Shown here piece after piece: positions 1 through 12,508 of a stretch of DNA of 64,000 nucleotides. A model generated the notes under the pieces. That model was not told the DNA's origin, did not search any database, and saw nothing but the letters and a program-made list of their open reading frames with translations. The stretch is from assembly GCF_964355755.1 (NCBI RefSeq), contig NC_092676.1:8843888-8907887 (forward strand), written 5' to 3'. The DNA comes from Antedon mediterranea. Its lineage: Eukaryota > Animalia > Echinodermata. Every line of letters starts with the position of its first letter. Position 1 is the first letter of the stretch. The position numbers were made by a program, and so were the translations under genes.

Positions 1-95
1 AAAAATAATTTCTAATTTGTTCTTAAACATGGTATTTAGCGGCATATGTTCGAAAAAAGTATTTCCCTTTCAAATATGACCTTTAAACTTTTCAG

Positions 96-3000
96 GAACC
101 TGTTATAAGAACATTTAGACAAGTTATAGCCCACAATGATCAGTTGATGGCTGCAGTAATAGATGTAAACATCTTCAGAGAATTTGACATAGCTCTTAGA
201 GTTGAACCATGGTAAGACAATTTTCCTTCTACAGTTGGTTGCGTAATTTCATACACTAAATTCTCGTAAAACTGGACATTCTGGAGCTGGCCTACTTTGT
301 TTGGTTTTCCAAAAAATGTGGTGTTCCCAATGTGTTTTAATGAAAGAAGAATTTTAGATTTGGACCTCAGCAACAGTCTGGTTTTGAGGAGTAACAGCTG
401 TTCATGATTATAAACCAATTTTTTGGTTTATTTGAAAATATAGTTATTATAAATTTTTAAACAATTCTATTGACAGCTGTGAACAAATATCAGCAATGGA
501 ATTCTGCCACCAGCTTTGTCAAGAATCTTACGGGATAGCATGTTTACTGGAAGAAGATAAATTAAAGTTATTATGTGACCTTATTCGAACGACCAATTGT
601 GTGTAAGTATAATTTCATCAGTGACGTTAACAACTGTACACAGGTGTGTGAGCTGTAACCTTTCATTGGCAATATATATATATATATATAGCATTGTTTG
701 TGGATATTTTGAAGAAGAAGAAGATAACTTGAGAAAGCATAATTTGCATTACAATATTAACACTCTGAATTTTTCTTGCAGAAAAGTGAGAGCTTTAGGT
801 GTAAAGGTGATTCATTCTTTGCTCAAATGTCAAGATACTAACATTCTCAAAGAAACTATCATCCAGGTAATGTTGATATGCTGGAAGCATGTGGTCAATT
901 TATCGTTTATTGCAGAAATATTATTTCTATAAAGTATTATCTAGTAATGAATGAATGCATCTATATATAGATTAGTCAAGTCCACTGTCAAGATGACCAC
1001 ATGGTAGAGGTACCTAATTTCAGGAAGATGCATCAACACAGTTGTCTTGGTACAAAGAAAAAAGAAACTTTGACAAGAACAGAGAGAGGTATTATAAGCC
1101 TAAGCAAGCTGTTGGTTCACCTGTTATACAAAGAAGGTACAGAATGTCTTTTTATAATTTGTTAAAAGTTCATTACTTTCATCACGCCAACAATTATTTC
1201 TTGGAAGTTTTACAAAACAATGCAACAGTTGAACCAAGTATATAATTAAACTTAAAATATATTTTAAAGGAAAGATATCATTTGACTTCAAAGGGAAGTT
1301 GCAAACAGTTGGCTACAGACCAGCAAATGATCCTTATGCTATTATGTCTGACGTTGTAGCATGTGTGTACTTGGTCTGTACTCTGCCATTAAGTCGCTCA
1401 AGAAAAATAACTACAAGCTCAAAGAAAGTCATATTTCCATGGTATGTTTAGAAACCTTCACAGTTAAAATATTACTACAATAGAACTGCTTCTTTGGTAC
1501 ACCTCTGAAGCTTCAAAAGACAACATCTCACAGGACAACATCTCACGAGAAAACACCTCACAAGACAACATTCTCACAAGAAAAAACCTCATACAGGAAT
1601 AGTGTATAACATAGAGGAATTTTTTTTTCTTTCCTTATACTATTATATATAAAATGCAATGGTAGGAGTGAGATATCAGTTGTACTGAAAGTTAGTTAAT
1701 GTCAATTATATTGTATTGTATCATTACATTACTCATGTGCTCAATGTACTCATTGTAAACGAACATTTTATTGATGAAGAAATAAAAGTGGGTCGATCCT
1801 ACATAAGACAAAAAAAAAAAAAAACCTCATATGACAACATCTCACCAGAAAACACATCACAAAACAACATCTCACAAGACAACACCTCACAAGACAACAT
1901 CTCACAACACAGAACCTTATAAGAAAATACCTCACAACACAGCATCTCACAAGGCACTCAGTATTTGATAATTCAATCAATAAACTCAATTATTGATTAA
2001 TGTGTAATTAATTTTCTTACATTTACAGTTTTGTCAAAAAACATAGAAAGCTAAACATAAAGACGACAACATATTTAATTGAGAATGGAGCTCTACATTT
2101 AGTTCATGTTCTGAAGACTTACTGTAATCTTCTTGGAGATTGTAGACAGACAGTGGTAGGTGCTACTTCTGACAGATCATTAGACGCTCTACACCTTCAA
2201 GCTATCATGAAAGTGTGGCAGACTACGGAACCAATGAAGAGTCTGCCAAAAAGAAGTCTTTCAAATCACTTAAATCATTCAGAATTGAAGTTTGTTGTAG
2301 AACTTATGTCTGTAATTAAGTTGTTTGCTCAGATTTCTAGTACAGAATGGAATTCTGATCTCAATGACAGATTAGAAGAAGCTATGGAAATTGGCCAATG
2401 TGGTAGAGATTATGATTCTTACAACCCTGCTTCACATGCACATGCAATGGGTGATCAGGTAACTATTTGTGGTGAGAATATAAAAGCAAAGAAAGATTAT
2501 TCTGAGAGAGAAAGGGATCCAGATAATCATAGTTTTATTCCAAGAAGAGTTGCATGGGAAGATGATCAAGAGGAGTCTGGAATGGTTGGTGATGCCAAAG
2601 AGATTCCATATAGAAAACCATTATTAAAGACTTTACGTAAGAGAGAACCTGATGTTAGGTTAGAGGACGAGGTTTATGATCTCCACCGGAAGTTACGAAT
2701 TAGGCTGTATCAAGAAGGTCTTGTCGATGTATTGGCAGCATTGATCAGATGTGGTGTTTCCGAACTAGAGGTTTGTTTATTCAGGAATACTACAATGTTC
2801 TTATCTCTAGTTTAATACTAGAACCTTCTGTAAGTTTTATGGTTGCAATACAAGCTTGTTTTTCTAGCTTTGAAGCTTAATCTTGAATCTGAAAAAGTAA
2901 TTGGTTTCACTTTGCCTTCCAGTATACTTATAAACATTTTTTTTTATCTAGGAAGAAGGATGTCAAATTTTAAAATTTCTACTGCAGCCTATAAAACCAA

Positions 3001-6000
3001 AAGAATGTGTAGCTAACCAACTTGATTCCAAAACACTGCCAACTAAACAAAAATCATTGTAAGAGAAATGAGAAAACTATATATAATATATACTTCAATC
3101 ATTTGTATTTTTGTTTTAAATGTTCTGGTTTTATATGGCCAATAGGAGCTGGTACTTTTGCATTTTTTTTCTTATAGAAAAGAAATTGCACAATCTTTAG
3201 AAATGCGTGATCGTCTGCTCAGTGGCGTGATTGATAGCATGAGTAAAAAGTCAGCTGATGTCATGAAAGAGGCTTTGAAAACAACTTCACCTACAAAAAC
3301 ATCGTCCAAGTCTGTAAGCAAGAAAAAGAAGACAAAAGTAAAAGGTATAGAAAGAAACTGAACATTTTTCAGATATTGCCTACTTAGAGGTGAAATATAC
3401 AATATGATGCCATTTTGGCCAATCACATTCACATATTTTCAGAGGCTATATGATATAATCTGTTAACTATAGCTATGGTGCATATCCTAAATTAAAAGTC
3501 TTTCCAAGTTAGGTAACAATGATAGTGCCACAATCATGATTTAAATAATAATTAGTAATAGCTCTGCCAGAGTACTAGTGTCATACTACAAAGCTCAGTT
3601 CTCAAAAGTTTATACCCAAAGGCTTTAGATGTTTACACAATTATCCATAATTGGTTTTCACTTAAACTTTTGCAACACGTAAAAATCAACTTTAAATTTA
3701 AACATGAATATTATGCAGAATATACTTTCATTTCACTTGATGATCTCCATATTATTTGTTTCTAAATCATTTTTACCCTTTTCTCTTTCATCATGTTGAA
3801 CTTTGAACTCTTGATGAACTTTGAATTCTTTGTGGATGTTGAACTCTTGGTGCTACAGAAACTTCTAGTTTTTCCACACAAATTTTAAAATCACACCAGC
3901 AGCTGTCATGGCATTGCACAATGCACTGGTTAGAAATGACAGGTCCGGTCATCATGAATAGCTTACTAGATCGAGATGAGCACACAGTTCAAAGGTTACT
4001 ACTGATATTTTATGATATGATGTCTTTTGGAGATGTAAGTTAACTATTCAAGTTTTCGATTGGTTCCACTTTTAGTGTTTATTTAATTAAAGGGGTGTGG
4101 CACAGTTTGTAGGATGTTAGATCGTCTCAATCCAACGCTCGTCGCATTGCTTGTATAGTTTTTAATTACGTTTGCCTCTCTCCACCCAGGTGTACAAATG
4201 GGTACCTGGTAAGACACAACTTTGCGCTGATTACCATCTGCATTATGGGAGTATGTTTACATACATATTTGATCTAAAAATGACTGGGATGATAATACGT
4301 ACAGCGCTCAGAGGTTTTCTAAGATATTATTATTAATTGAAAAAATCGACATAATGTACTGTAGACTTTTAACTACAATTTGAAAGTGTTTCTCATTAGT
4401 AAAATTATTTAATATGCCTATGACTTTGTTCTGAACAGAGACCAAATATCCATTCATGACCCCTTTAGTATCTGAACACTCCTTGGTATGTCACCAGACC
4501 ATTTTGTCAATCACTTAGTACGTTTATGAAAAATTCCTAATCCAATTGCTTTCGACTTATATGTATAAAGTACATTCATTATTGTTTCAGATCATTGTTT
4601 CCATGAAGCTGGCCTCCATTGGCTTCATACCAACACTATTACAGTTGATATGCAATGGAAAACATAGTGAACCTATTAACCTTTTAGGTAAAGTTAGTAT
4701 TTTGTTGGTTGTATCTATAAGCATTCAGAAAAAGTTTCAAAACTTGGGTACCAGACCGCTGCAGGATTGCATCCAGATTTAAAGGTTTTGGTCCTGTCCT
4801 GTTCCTGCCCAGGTGTGCATCTGGCCCAGAGTCGGCCCTAATGTCGGGTATTTACACTTTATTGATTAGCGATTGAGAGCTGAAAGTTTTCATAGAGTTA
4901 AAAAAATAACTTCAACATCAAATACCATCTACTTACAGCCATCCTCTTGTTGCAAATGCTAACAGAAGACTACAGATTTAAAGATATGTGCAAGACAGAA
5001 GCAAGTTTTTATGACCTGAAGATGAAGTTACCAACTGAATTCACTGGACGTTTACAGTACGAGGTTGAATTGCTCTTGAAAAGCGTTGAAATTCCAACAG
5101 GTACATTTCATAACACGTTATGTGTGTTGAATTTGAAAATGTGGCTGTGAAATCTATTGTATTTCATAATAGGAATTTATATATATATTTTATAACCATA
5201 GTGACAAAGCATTTCACATAAAAAATACTAATTAAAAGACTAAAAAAGCTACTGTATAAGTTACATTAAAATAATGCTATACTATACAAAATACTACACC
5301 AAAAATACCAACACCGGGAACACTGTCAATTGTTTGGAAACAGTTGTCATGCGTGGTTTCCACTAGAGATGAAACGCAACGCAAGGTATTTTACCAATCA
5401 CAAACAATGGATTATTCAAACTGTCACTTGTCATTGGTCAACTTGCTTGCATTGTTTCTATATCCTTGCATTGCGTCCTAGTGGGAACCTTGCTTGCATT
5501 GTTTCTACATCCTTGCATTGCGTCCTATTGGGAACCTTGCTTGCATTGTTTCTATATCCTTGCATTGCGTCCTAGTGGGAACCTTGCTTGCATTGTTTCT
5601 ACATCCTTGCATTGCGTCCTAGTGGGAACCTTGCTTTAGGCGCATTTCTATAATATATTAGAAATTGAATCCATAATACTGGGCCTAGGTTAGCGAATGA
5701 CGATTATATTTTTGTATTGTGGTATTTCAAATTGATTAGTATCTGTGGGAGATCTTTCCCTTGGTTCATGACTATTTAATAGTTCCGTAAGATAGATAGG
5801 AGAAGTTTTCTTAAAACTTGAAGACTTTAATTTATGTTGTTTGTTTTTGTTGGAGATTTTACCTGGAAAAATTCTCAAAATCCATACAAACAAAATTCTT
5901 TCTTTCAAAAGTCTTTTATCCTTTATCCTAATCAAGTTTGAAACATTTTACTTATTTATCATGCAATCATAATTTATTCATTTTTTAAATCTATCGTTCA

Positions 6001-6083
6001 TTTTACTTCTTAGTATAATACAGTATTTGTTTCCTTTCACAGATTCGTTGTGTCTTGATATTAAAGTTGGTTTCCAAACGTGA
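96..6083 (+). CDS. 3' part (12 exons) of a spliced gene for an uncharacterised alpha-helical, possibly ARM/HEAT-like, protein; 5' end lies outside the window
   Basis: GT-AG exons 96-211, 477-602, 782-866, 971-1136, 1270-1441, 2029-2770, 2952-3058, 3178-3344, 3859-4034, 4591-4687, 4939-5100, 6043-6083 join with compatible phases into one open frame of 2157 nt ending at TGA 6081-6083 (EPVIRTFRQ...LYQEGLVDVLAALIRCG...LASIGFIPTLLQLI...DIKVGFQT*). The ARM-like call is inference from amphipathic Leu-rich helices only. Confidence 0.8.
1517..1950. repeat. Two blocks of a 15-bp minisatellite (GACAACATCTCACAA-like) in an intron
   Basis: Units visible at about 1517-1590 and 1832-1950. Confidence 0.85.
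4090..4335 (+). mobile_element. Degenerate tRNA-derived SINE
   Basis: Head GGGGTGTGGCACAGT, body TGCCTCTCTCCACCCAGGTGTACAAATGGGTACC, (ATT)n tail; a similar head occurs at about 63743. Confidence 0.55.
5349..5637. mobile_element. MITE (GCGTGGTTTCCACTAG...CTAGTGGGAACC family) whose right end is tandemly amplified about 4 times
   Basis: TIR shared with the copy at 17054-17333; repeated unit CCTTGCATTGCGTCCTAGTGGGAACCTTGCTTGCATTGTTTCTA at about 5445-5637. Confidence 0.7.
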
Positions 6084-6418
6084 CAGAAATGAAATTTTCT
6101 GGATGAAGAGTACAAGTTTGTTATTATTTAATTGTTCAACTAGGCCTATATAATATTTGATTTGTACACATGCAATGTAAATTTATATAGAAGTAAATAT
6201 TTATTTACCATTGCATTATAATAATAATAATAATGATTATAAAAATAGGTCTAATGTGATTACATTTTTTTTTTGTGTAAAATCACCCACTGTATAGATT
6301 TAAAAAAATTCAATTATTATGCCTGAATATCGTAATATGTATGATAATGAACGGCACAGACATTTGTGTATCAACAGTTGTTTAATATGACGATTATGAT
6401 GACTGGTAACATTTTTCA

Positions 6419-9160
6419 TTAGTCATCTAATTCTAACAGGTGGTCAATGTGTAACGTTGGTTCACTTCCAATGAATAGGTAATCCGGTGAGTAGCCGGTT
6501 GATGGGTGTGGTGGACAATTGTAAGCATATACCAATTCAGGAAGAAACTCGTGCCATTTACGTTTCTTGTCAGGTGGTGAAGTGCATCGTGCGATTAAAA
6601 CGCTCGCACTGGCCATTTCCCTCAGGGTGATATGGTGTTGTTGTTGTCTCTCAAATACCATAAACCGAACATAATTCTTTGATGATCTTGCTCTCTAAGT
6701 TTCTGCCCTGATCGCTTGATCAATTGAGCTAATTCGGCTTGTAATCTCATTTTGATCACTCCCAGTTTAGCAGTGGTTCTGAAGTAGCTAAGAGTATTGT
6801 TGTCTATGTAAACAATAAATTCTGCTCCAATGAGAAAGTCCCTAAACTTTTCAGCAACTGCCCATCTAATTTCCTGCTGCTATAATTATCCATTTTTTTC
6901 TCACTTGTTCGAAGTCCTCTACTTGTATAAGCAGTTCTGACGTTCTTACCATCTTCATTCGTCTGCGACAGAACTTTTCCCAGACCCAAGAAACTTGCCT
7001 CAATGTCAAGAATAAACTGGCGTTTGAAATCTGGGTATCCAAGAACAGGTGCGGTAGTAAGGTTTGTTTGACAGCATTGATATAGGCTTCATTCCAAGCG
7101 TCTGCTACTGGTGGTTTTGGTGGATGATTTGGGTTCTTCTTGCCTCGCTTCTTCTTGAAGGTGCATCCAAGTAATGCGTGCAATGATCCGGATATTAATG
7201 CGTAGTTCTTGGGTACAAACTTTCGATAATAACCGCAAAGGCCTAGAAATCCTCTCAATTTTGTTTTGGTCGTGGGAATTTCCAATATTGAATAGCACTT
7301 ACCTTCTCAGGATCGGGCGATATTCCCCCTTCAGCAACCTGGTGTCCTAGAAATTGAAGTTTCTGTTGGGAACACAGGTTACACCTCTCTCCGATTTTAC
7401 CTTCAGGTAGAAATCTGCAATCTTTGTAAAAACCATTTCCAGTCTATCTAAAGTTTCTTCGAAACTGGATCCAAAGACTAGTACCATATGTCATCCATAC
7501 ATATGATTACAGTTTAGAAGTTCTGGTCTCCAAAAGTCAAGTCCATGATTCGCATGAAGGTAGCTGGGCTGTTACAAAGTCCAAAAGGTAACCCAATGTC
7601 AAATTCATCTTGACTAAAGCGATGAATGCTTCTCCATAATATCTTCTAACTTCTTAAGATTAACAGGGTTTTTACTTATTAGGTCACCTACAGTCATCCG
7701 TTCCATAAATTTTTTGACTATTTGAACTGGCTGTAGAGCCAACTTCTTCAATTACTACTTCTTTTTTACTCCTCTAATAATCACTGTTGGTTCCGGCCGT
7801 ACATCAGTGATGGTTGCAATAGGAACACGTGGCTGTAGATATACATCAGAATTTGAGTATTTGACTACTTGGAACTTGACGACAGAGTTGTCCATCCTCA
7901 CTAATGTGAGAATTACAGCGAGTCCATTCTGTAAGATGCGAGTGTGGTTTCTTCGATGATAGCATTGGTATAACTATTGATTGTTGAGTGGTTGTGCCTT
8001 CGATGGTTTTGACACATCTTGCAGGTACGAGAACGGGTTATGATTCTGACATTAGCTCGTAGAACGTTCAATGATGCAGTTTCCTCCTCGTAGAAGCCAA
8101 AAATATGCGCCCACTTAGGCCTTCTGCAAATATGTTGGCAATCTTCGAGATGAAGTCATCACCTAATTCTGCTTGCAATACTCGTCTCATATCCCAAAAG
8201 ATGTTAGAGCTGATGACGCCTGACACCTTTTTTCTATCAGCTATTTGAGAGTTGACTAGATTATGTAAAATGAGAAATCCTACGTTTCCAAATGTTCTAT
8301 TTAAAGCTTTTATAGAGAGCTCAACATATACTATTTTAAAGGTTTGACATTGTTTGAAGATTGTTGCTGGTTTGGTTTCTGGGATTTCTTCTGACGACAA
8401 TTCCTGCTGATATGTCCCGGTTTCTGACAGTTGTAACAGATCCGAGTATCTAGTATTGGTTTACTGGTTAGGAGTCTGTCCAGCTACTTCTGTTGGGCGC
8501 TGATCTGTTCCCTTGCTGTCTAAGTAATCTCAGAATATTACTCATGGGGTCAATTTTCACTTCATTTACAGACGTTGAGGTTACAGTGATCCCCTTACCA
8601 AGCCATTTTATGGCTCTATCTCTTAATTCGAAGTAGGACAGTGATGTTGATCCCATGTTGAGGCGTCTGATTTCTCGTCTAAGATATTCATCTGCTACTG
8701 ACTCCGCCGCTAGACGGTTCTTGAGTGAGCTCTCTTTGTATGCCTTGTAATTTGAATCCACAATTCTGTTGTAGAGTTTTATCAATGTCAGTGAGCATGC
8801 TAGCAAATCCTCTGTCGACTGCCTGTAGCTGAAGAACCTCTGCTGGAGTTGAGGTAATGTATCTCCATCCTCAAAGACTTGATTAAGGATTCCAAACATC
8901 TTCACTGGATCGTTCGACACATCCTCTCCTCTTTCCAGTATTTCCTTCCGTGCATGTCCGGAGAGATGGTCTTTAATATAAGCAGCGGCTTCTTTTTTTC
9001 CTAGTTTTCTTAGCTCTAGTTGACCTCTAACATCGACAATCCAATTTGGATAGTGATATCCCCTGCCTTCTTTGGGCGATCCTTAAAAATGTCTAGTTTC
9101 CGATACGTCCAGGAGAAATATACACAGGCTGTTGTACATGTTTGGCAGCTGCATCTAGTA
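6419..9160 (-). mobile_element. Decayed Ty3/Gypsy LTR retrotransposon internal region (gag, protease, RT, RNase H, integrase)
   Basis: Gag (IKDHLSGHARKEI, ORF 8468-8920), RT remnants (FGLCNSPATFMRIM; LRGFLGLCGYYRKFV), RNase H (YTSRGLR..EK..NYSSRKL), integrase (WHEFLPELVYAYNC..H.STGYSP); many frameshifts and deletions. Confidence 0.9.
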
Positions 9161-9869
9161 CAGGGATCTTTTATGTACGAAAAATATCAACATTTTAAAA
9201 TATATATTTAAGTAGCATGCACAGAACGAAGTATGTGCATCAGCGCATGTCAAATTATGATATACAGTAGTATGTTATGTAAATGTAAGGATGTGGACGA
9301 CAACACAAAAGGAAAGACACCTTTTCTCACTTTGACCACGGTCCGGTTGTGGTTTTGGCTTTAATTGTTTTTAGCATGACAAAAGAGATCAGCATGATTC
9401 TTTAATCTTGCAACTGCAAGGGTGCAGATCTTTAATTAAATAAAGACAAAAACTATCTGTTGCTTCCTTGACCGATTCATGAATACAAAAAAAAGCAATT
9501 AATTTGAGCGGTAAGAAAGCTACATTTGAACAAAGAACTGATAACAATTATAGGGGGCAGTATTTAATTATCACATGATTAGATTAATCCCCACACTCCC
9601 CTGTTTAAACTTAGTTTGTCCTCAAACTTTATTATTAGATAAAATATGTAAAATTAAACAAAATATGCAGAAACATTTTACATTTGGTACGCACACTCAT
9701 CAAAATATAATTAACATTAGCTAGACGTTGGTTGTGCATATCACTGGATCCATGTACTGATTGACATCTTTGATTAAGCTTCCTCCGTAGTCGAATGCTG
9801 CGTCGAGGTGTATCGTCTGAACTAATGTCATCAGAATCGGACTGCGAGTCATCGAACAAATAGGACATC

Positions 9870-10535
9870 GTTAGTAAAAAGGTTCATCTGGATCTCTGTA
9901 TAGTATTCAAGTAAATTTTCTTTTGGATGATCCAAAGTCAAACCAAAATCGTAAAACTTACGTTTTTTACTCTAGCTTTCGCTGGTCAACAACAGCTTAA
10001 TCATGAGCGAGTCTCTGTGACTTGGACTTGTTATCATTAGATCTCGTATCTGGTATAGCGCCACCTATGGAACGTTCAGGTTTACCCAAATAGAATTGTC
10101 GGGTCCTCCTCTTTAGTAAGTTGTTGTATAATTTTGAGAGTTCCAAACCGCCGTCGTCTCTTTCCATAAAGATTCTGTGGCTAGTATTTTTACGTTCAAA
10201 TTTGGTAAATGAGTTTGAGTGGTCATGCCCTGATCGGTGATGGCTAAGTTATGAACAATTTCTGAAGCTGAATTTCTGGCTGAACGTGTTAAAATACCTG
10301 TGCAATGTGAAGTGACATCTTCTTTGTGTTCTTTTATCCTTGTGGATAAGGTTCTAGCTGTTTCTCCTTTATACGCTTTTTCGCAGTTGTTGCAATTTAC
10401 TTGGTAAATTACACCAGATTTGTCATTTTTTTTTCTCTTTTGGGTGAACTAAAAGATTTCTTAATTTGTTTTGTGGTGTAAAATAAGTGTTGAATTCTAC
10501 CTAACTTCTTTGAAAATCCTAGCAAAACGAATGTA
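9870..10535 (-). mobile_element. Penelope-like element 3' fragment (GIY-YIG endonuclease plus tail) inserted in the Gypsy remnant
   Basis: Minus-strand translation GVIYQVNCNNCEKAYKGETARTLSTRIKEHK is the PLE GIY-YIG signature. Confidence 0.85.
9969..10008 (-). ncRNA. Putative minimal type I hammerhead ribozyme in the Penelope tail (A3-U8 core variant)
   Basis: Minus strand GCUC-AUGAUUA-A-GCUG-uuguugac-CAGC-GAAA-GC-UA-GAGU: stem I, core, stem II, GAAA, palindromic AGCU helix III, NUH triplet. Confidence 0.55.
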
Positions 10536-10967
10536 TAATCCGAGATGGATTATCCTCTCTTCTGAATGGCATTATAATTATATCTGCCTCATAATGGTAC
10601 TCAGCGACATCCGCTCGCCAAAGGTATCTTGTAAGGTCCTAAGTATTAGCTCAGAGTCATCTGCTACCTGCGGGCGATGCCTAATTTCTCTTCGTGCGGC
10701 ACCTTCTAGGTGAGAAACAACAAAATCAGCTGCATTCTTTCCGCGCAATTTTCTAACTTTTATAGCTGCCTTAATGTCTTCAACATAGAACTCTACACAT
10801 TCCCTGTCGGCTCCCGCAGAGTTTCTCGTCTTCTTCTCTGGAAGAACATCTGTGTTTCCATTCCGATGGGCAGCACGTCTAGTTGCTTCTAGTTCGGCTC
10901 TTAGATCATCAACAGACCTCTGCACATCTCGCAACGATGCCTTGCTCTAATGTTAAAGCCAAATACG

Positions 10968-10985
10968 ATCCCACTTCTGACACCA
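10968..10985 (-). promoter_or_regulatory. Primer binding site complementary to the tRNA-Leu 3' end
   Basis: Minus strand TGGTGTCAGAAGTGGGAT 3 nt after the LTR-terminal CA; plus strand ATCCCACTTCTGACACCA matches the metazoan tRNA-Leu 3' end with CCA (from recall). Confidence 0.85.
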
Positions 10986-11094
10986 AATTGTAAGGATGTG
11001 GACGACAACACAAAAGGAAAGACACGCCTTTTCTCAGGTTTTCTCTTGAAAAATTGTCAAAATATATTGAAATGTCATGGGCAGAACATGTGTA

Positions 11095-11460
11095 TTATTT
11101 TTTTATTTATTTTTTTAAATTTTTTTATTTTATGTCTTTAGGCAATGTGGCCAAAGATTACCAATAGTGAATTAATCACTGTCCTATCAGATAGGTGGTA
11201 ATCCCCCTGATACAGGGGCTATTTTGTGAACCAGTTCACCGGGGTAACCCCCTACTCTTTTCGAATAATGAACTGGGTTCTTTAAAGTGCACACAGGTTA
11301 TAACTGTGTACACTGGACCTACGGTTTATAGTCCTTATCCGAGAAGACTTGTTCCACCACCAGAACTAGGAGCGAGTCGGCCTCGAACCCTTGCCGATGT
11401 TGTTGGCTCTTTAGGTACGGTAAACGGCGCCTCTGCCTTAACCGCTTGGCCATTTGACTC
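11095..11460 (-). mobile_element. tRNA-derived SINE with Deu/Nin core domain
   Basis: A box TGGCCAAGCGG, B box GGTTCGAGGCC, core CGGATAAGGACTATAAACCGTAGGTCC...GAAAAGAGTAGGGGGTTACCCCGGTG, A-rich tail. Confidence 0.8.
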
Positions 11461-12293
11461 GCAGATATACAGTACAAAACAACAGTACAGAACAGATTTT
11501 GTGTGTTTGCAGATGTCAGTTACGTCAACAAATAAAAGGGTCGACATTTGACCATTGTCCTTACTATAGTGAAGGGATTTTTTTCTAAAAATAGTCAAAA
11601 AGTTTTCAAAATACATTTAGTATCATGGGCAGAACAAATTGTGTGCGTCTGCACAAATTGTAACCAGTTATATAAATAAATAAAAGAGTCGAAATTTCTG
11701 TAAAAAAGGGATTTTTTTTTCAAAATATAGCTAAATTTTGACCTTTTTATATTCGACTGGTCATATGACACTATAAGTTAATAACACAATTTACCTGCAC
11801 ATATAGTGATTAAGGCCTAATAAAAAAAATCATAAAATTCAGAGAACAGGCCTATTGTAGGGACACTTTCCCATAACACTAAATATCTTAATAGTATGGC
11901 CAACCCCTATTCAGGGAGACAATCTCAAATGTGTCCTTGGCCTTAATTGGGGTTCTATCTTTAATTTTAAATTGTTTATTTGGAATCGTTTTTGCCAAAG
12001 TTTACCAAGACATTAACATATAGTACTTAATATTATCAGCATTGCTTTATTGTTTAAGTACATTCTATCCATACTTCAAAAATATTGCCAGTTGTTTTAT
12101 ACAGTATACTAATTATAATTGCAAGTTTTCTTTTCTCTTAAGATGGTTATTTTGTTGATTCAATGTATTCATTAAATTAGTATGGTAAAAGAAGTGTAAA
12201 TACTGTTCTACACAAAGTCACTATTATATAAAAATATTGATTAAAAAAGTATCATATTGAGTATGAATGACAGTATTATTTTATTTATATTAA

Positions 12294-12508
12294 AGATGTA
12301 TTGTCCCCAAAAACATACAAAATGAAGATTAATAAAATCAGACTTTGAATGACAAAATGAATAGTTAAAAAACAATTAGCTGGCAGCCAATTTGACTATT
12401 TTAAATCACTTATTTTCTGATCCAATTTTTGGTCAAAGTATATAATATATATTATATTAAAATGACATATTCAAGAAAAAAATTGTTTTTTCAAGGGACA
12501 ATACATCT
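12294..12508. mobile_element. MITE with TTAA TSD (Kolobok-like); inverted sibling at about 25360-25612
   Basis: TIR AGATGTATTGTCCC/GGGACAATACATCT flanked by TTAA on both sides. Confidence 0.75.

Larger units (their letters stand above)
9284..11036 (-). mobile_element. Second, internally deleted Gypsy element: partial 5' LTR (10989-11036), tRNA-Leu PBS, gag 5' part, integrase tail, PPT, full 3' LTR (9284-9595)
   Basis: TGTAAGGATGTGGACGACAACACAAAAGGAAAGACAC occurs at 9284 and 10989; PPT AAACAGGGGAG (9596-9606, minus) precedes TG; gag ORF 10578-10934 (VSHLEGAARREIRHRP); RRSIR tail in ORF 9635-9868. Confidence 0.88.

Noticed and set aside
1042-1245. ORF-track protein MSWYKEKRNF...
   Set aside because: Wrong frame; splice phases only work with exon 971-1136 read as ISQVHC...LLVHLLYKE
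1716-1989. Repetitive ORFs (NISQD/VRCCL)
   Set aside because: Translation artefacts of the intronic 15-bp minisatellite
4441-4485. Possible extra 45-nt in-frame exon (AG...GTATGT)
   Set aside because: Weak acceptor and not needed for frame continuity; cannot be supported without RNA data
11195-11616. Overlapping 118-aa and 93-aa ORFs
   Set aside because: They lie over a SINE and are non-coding
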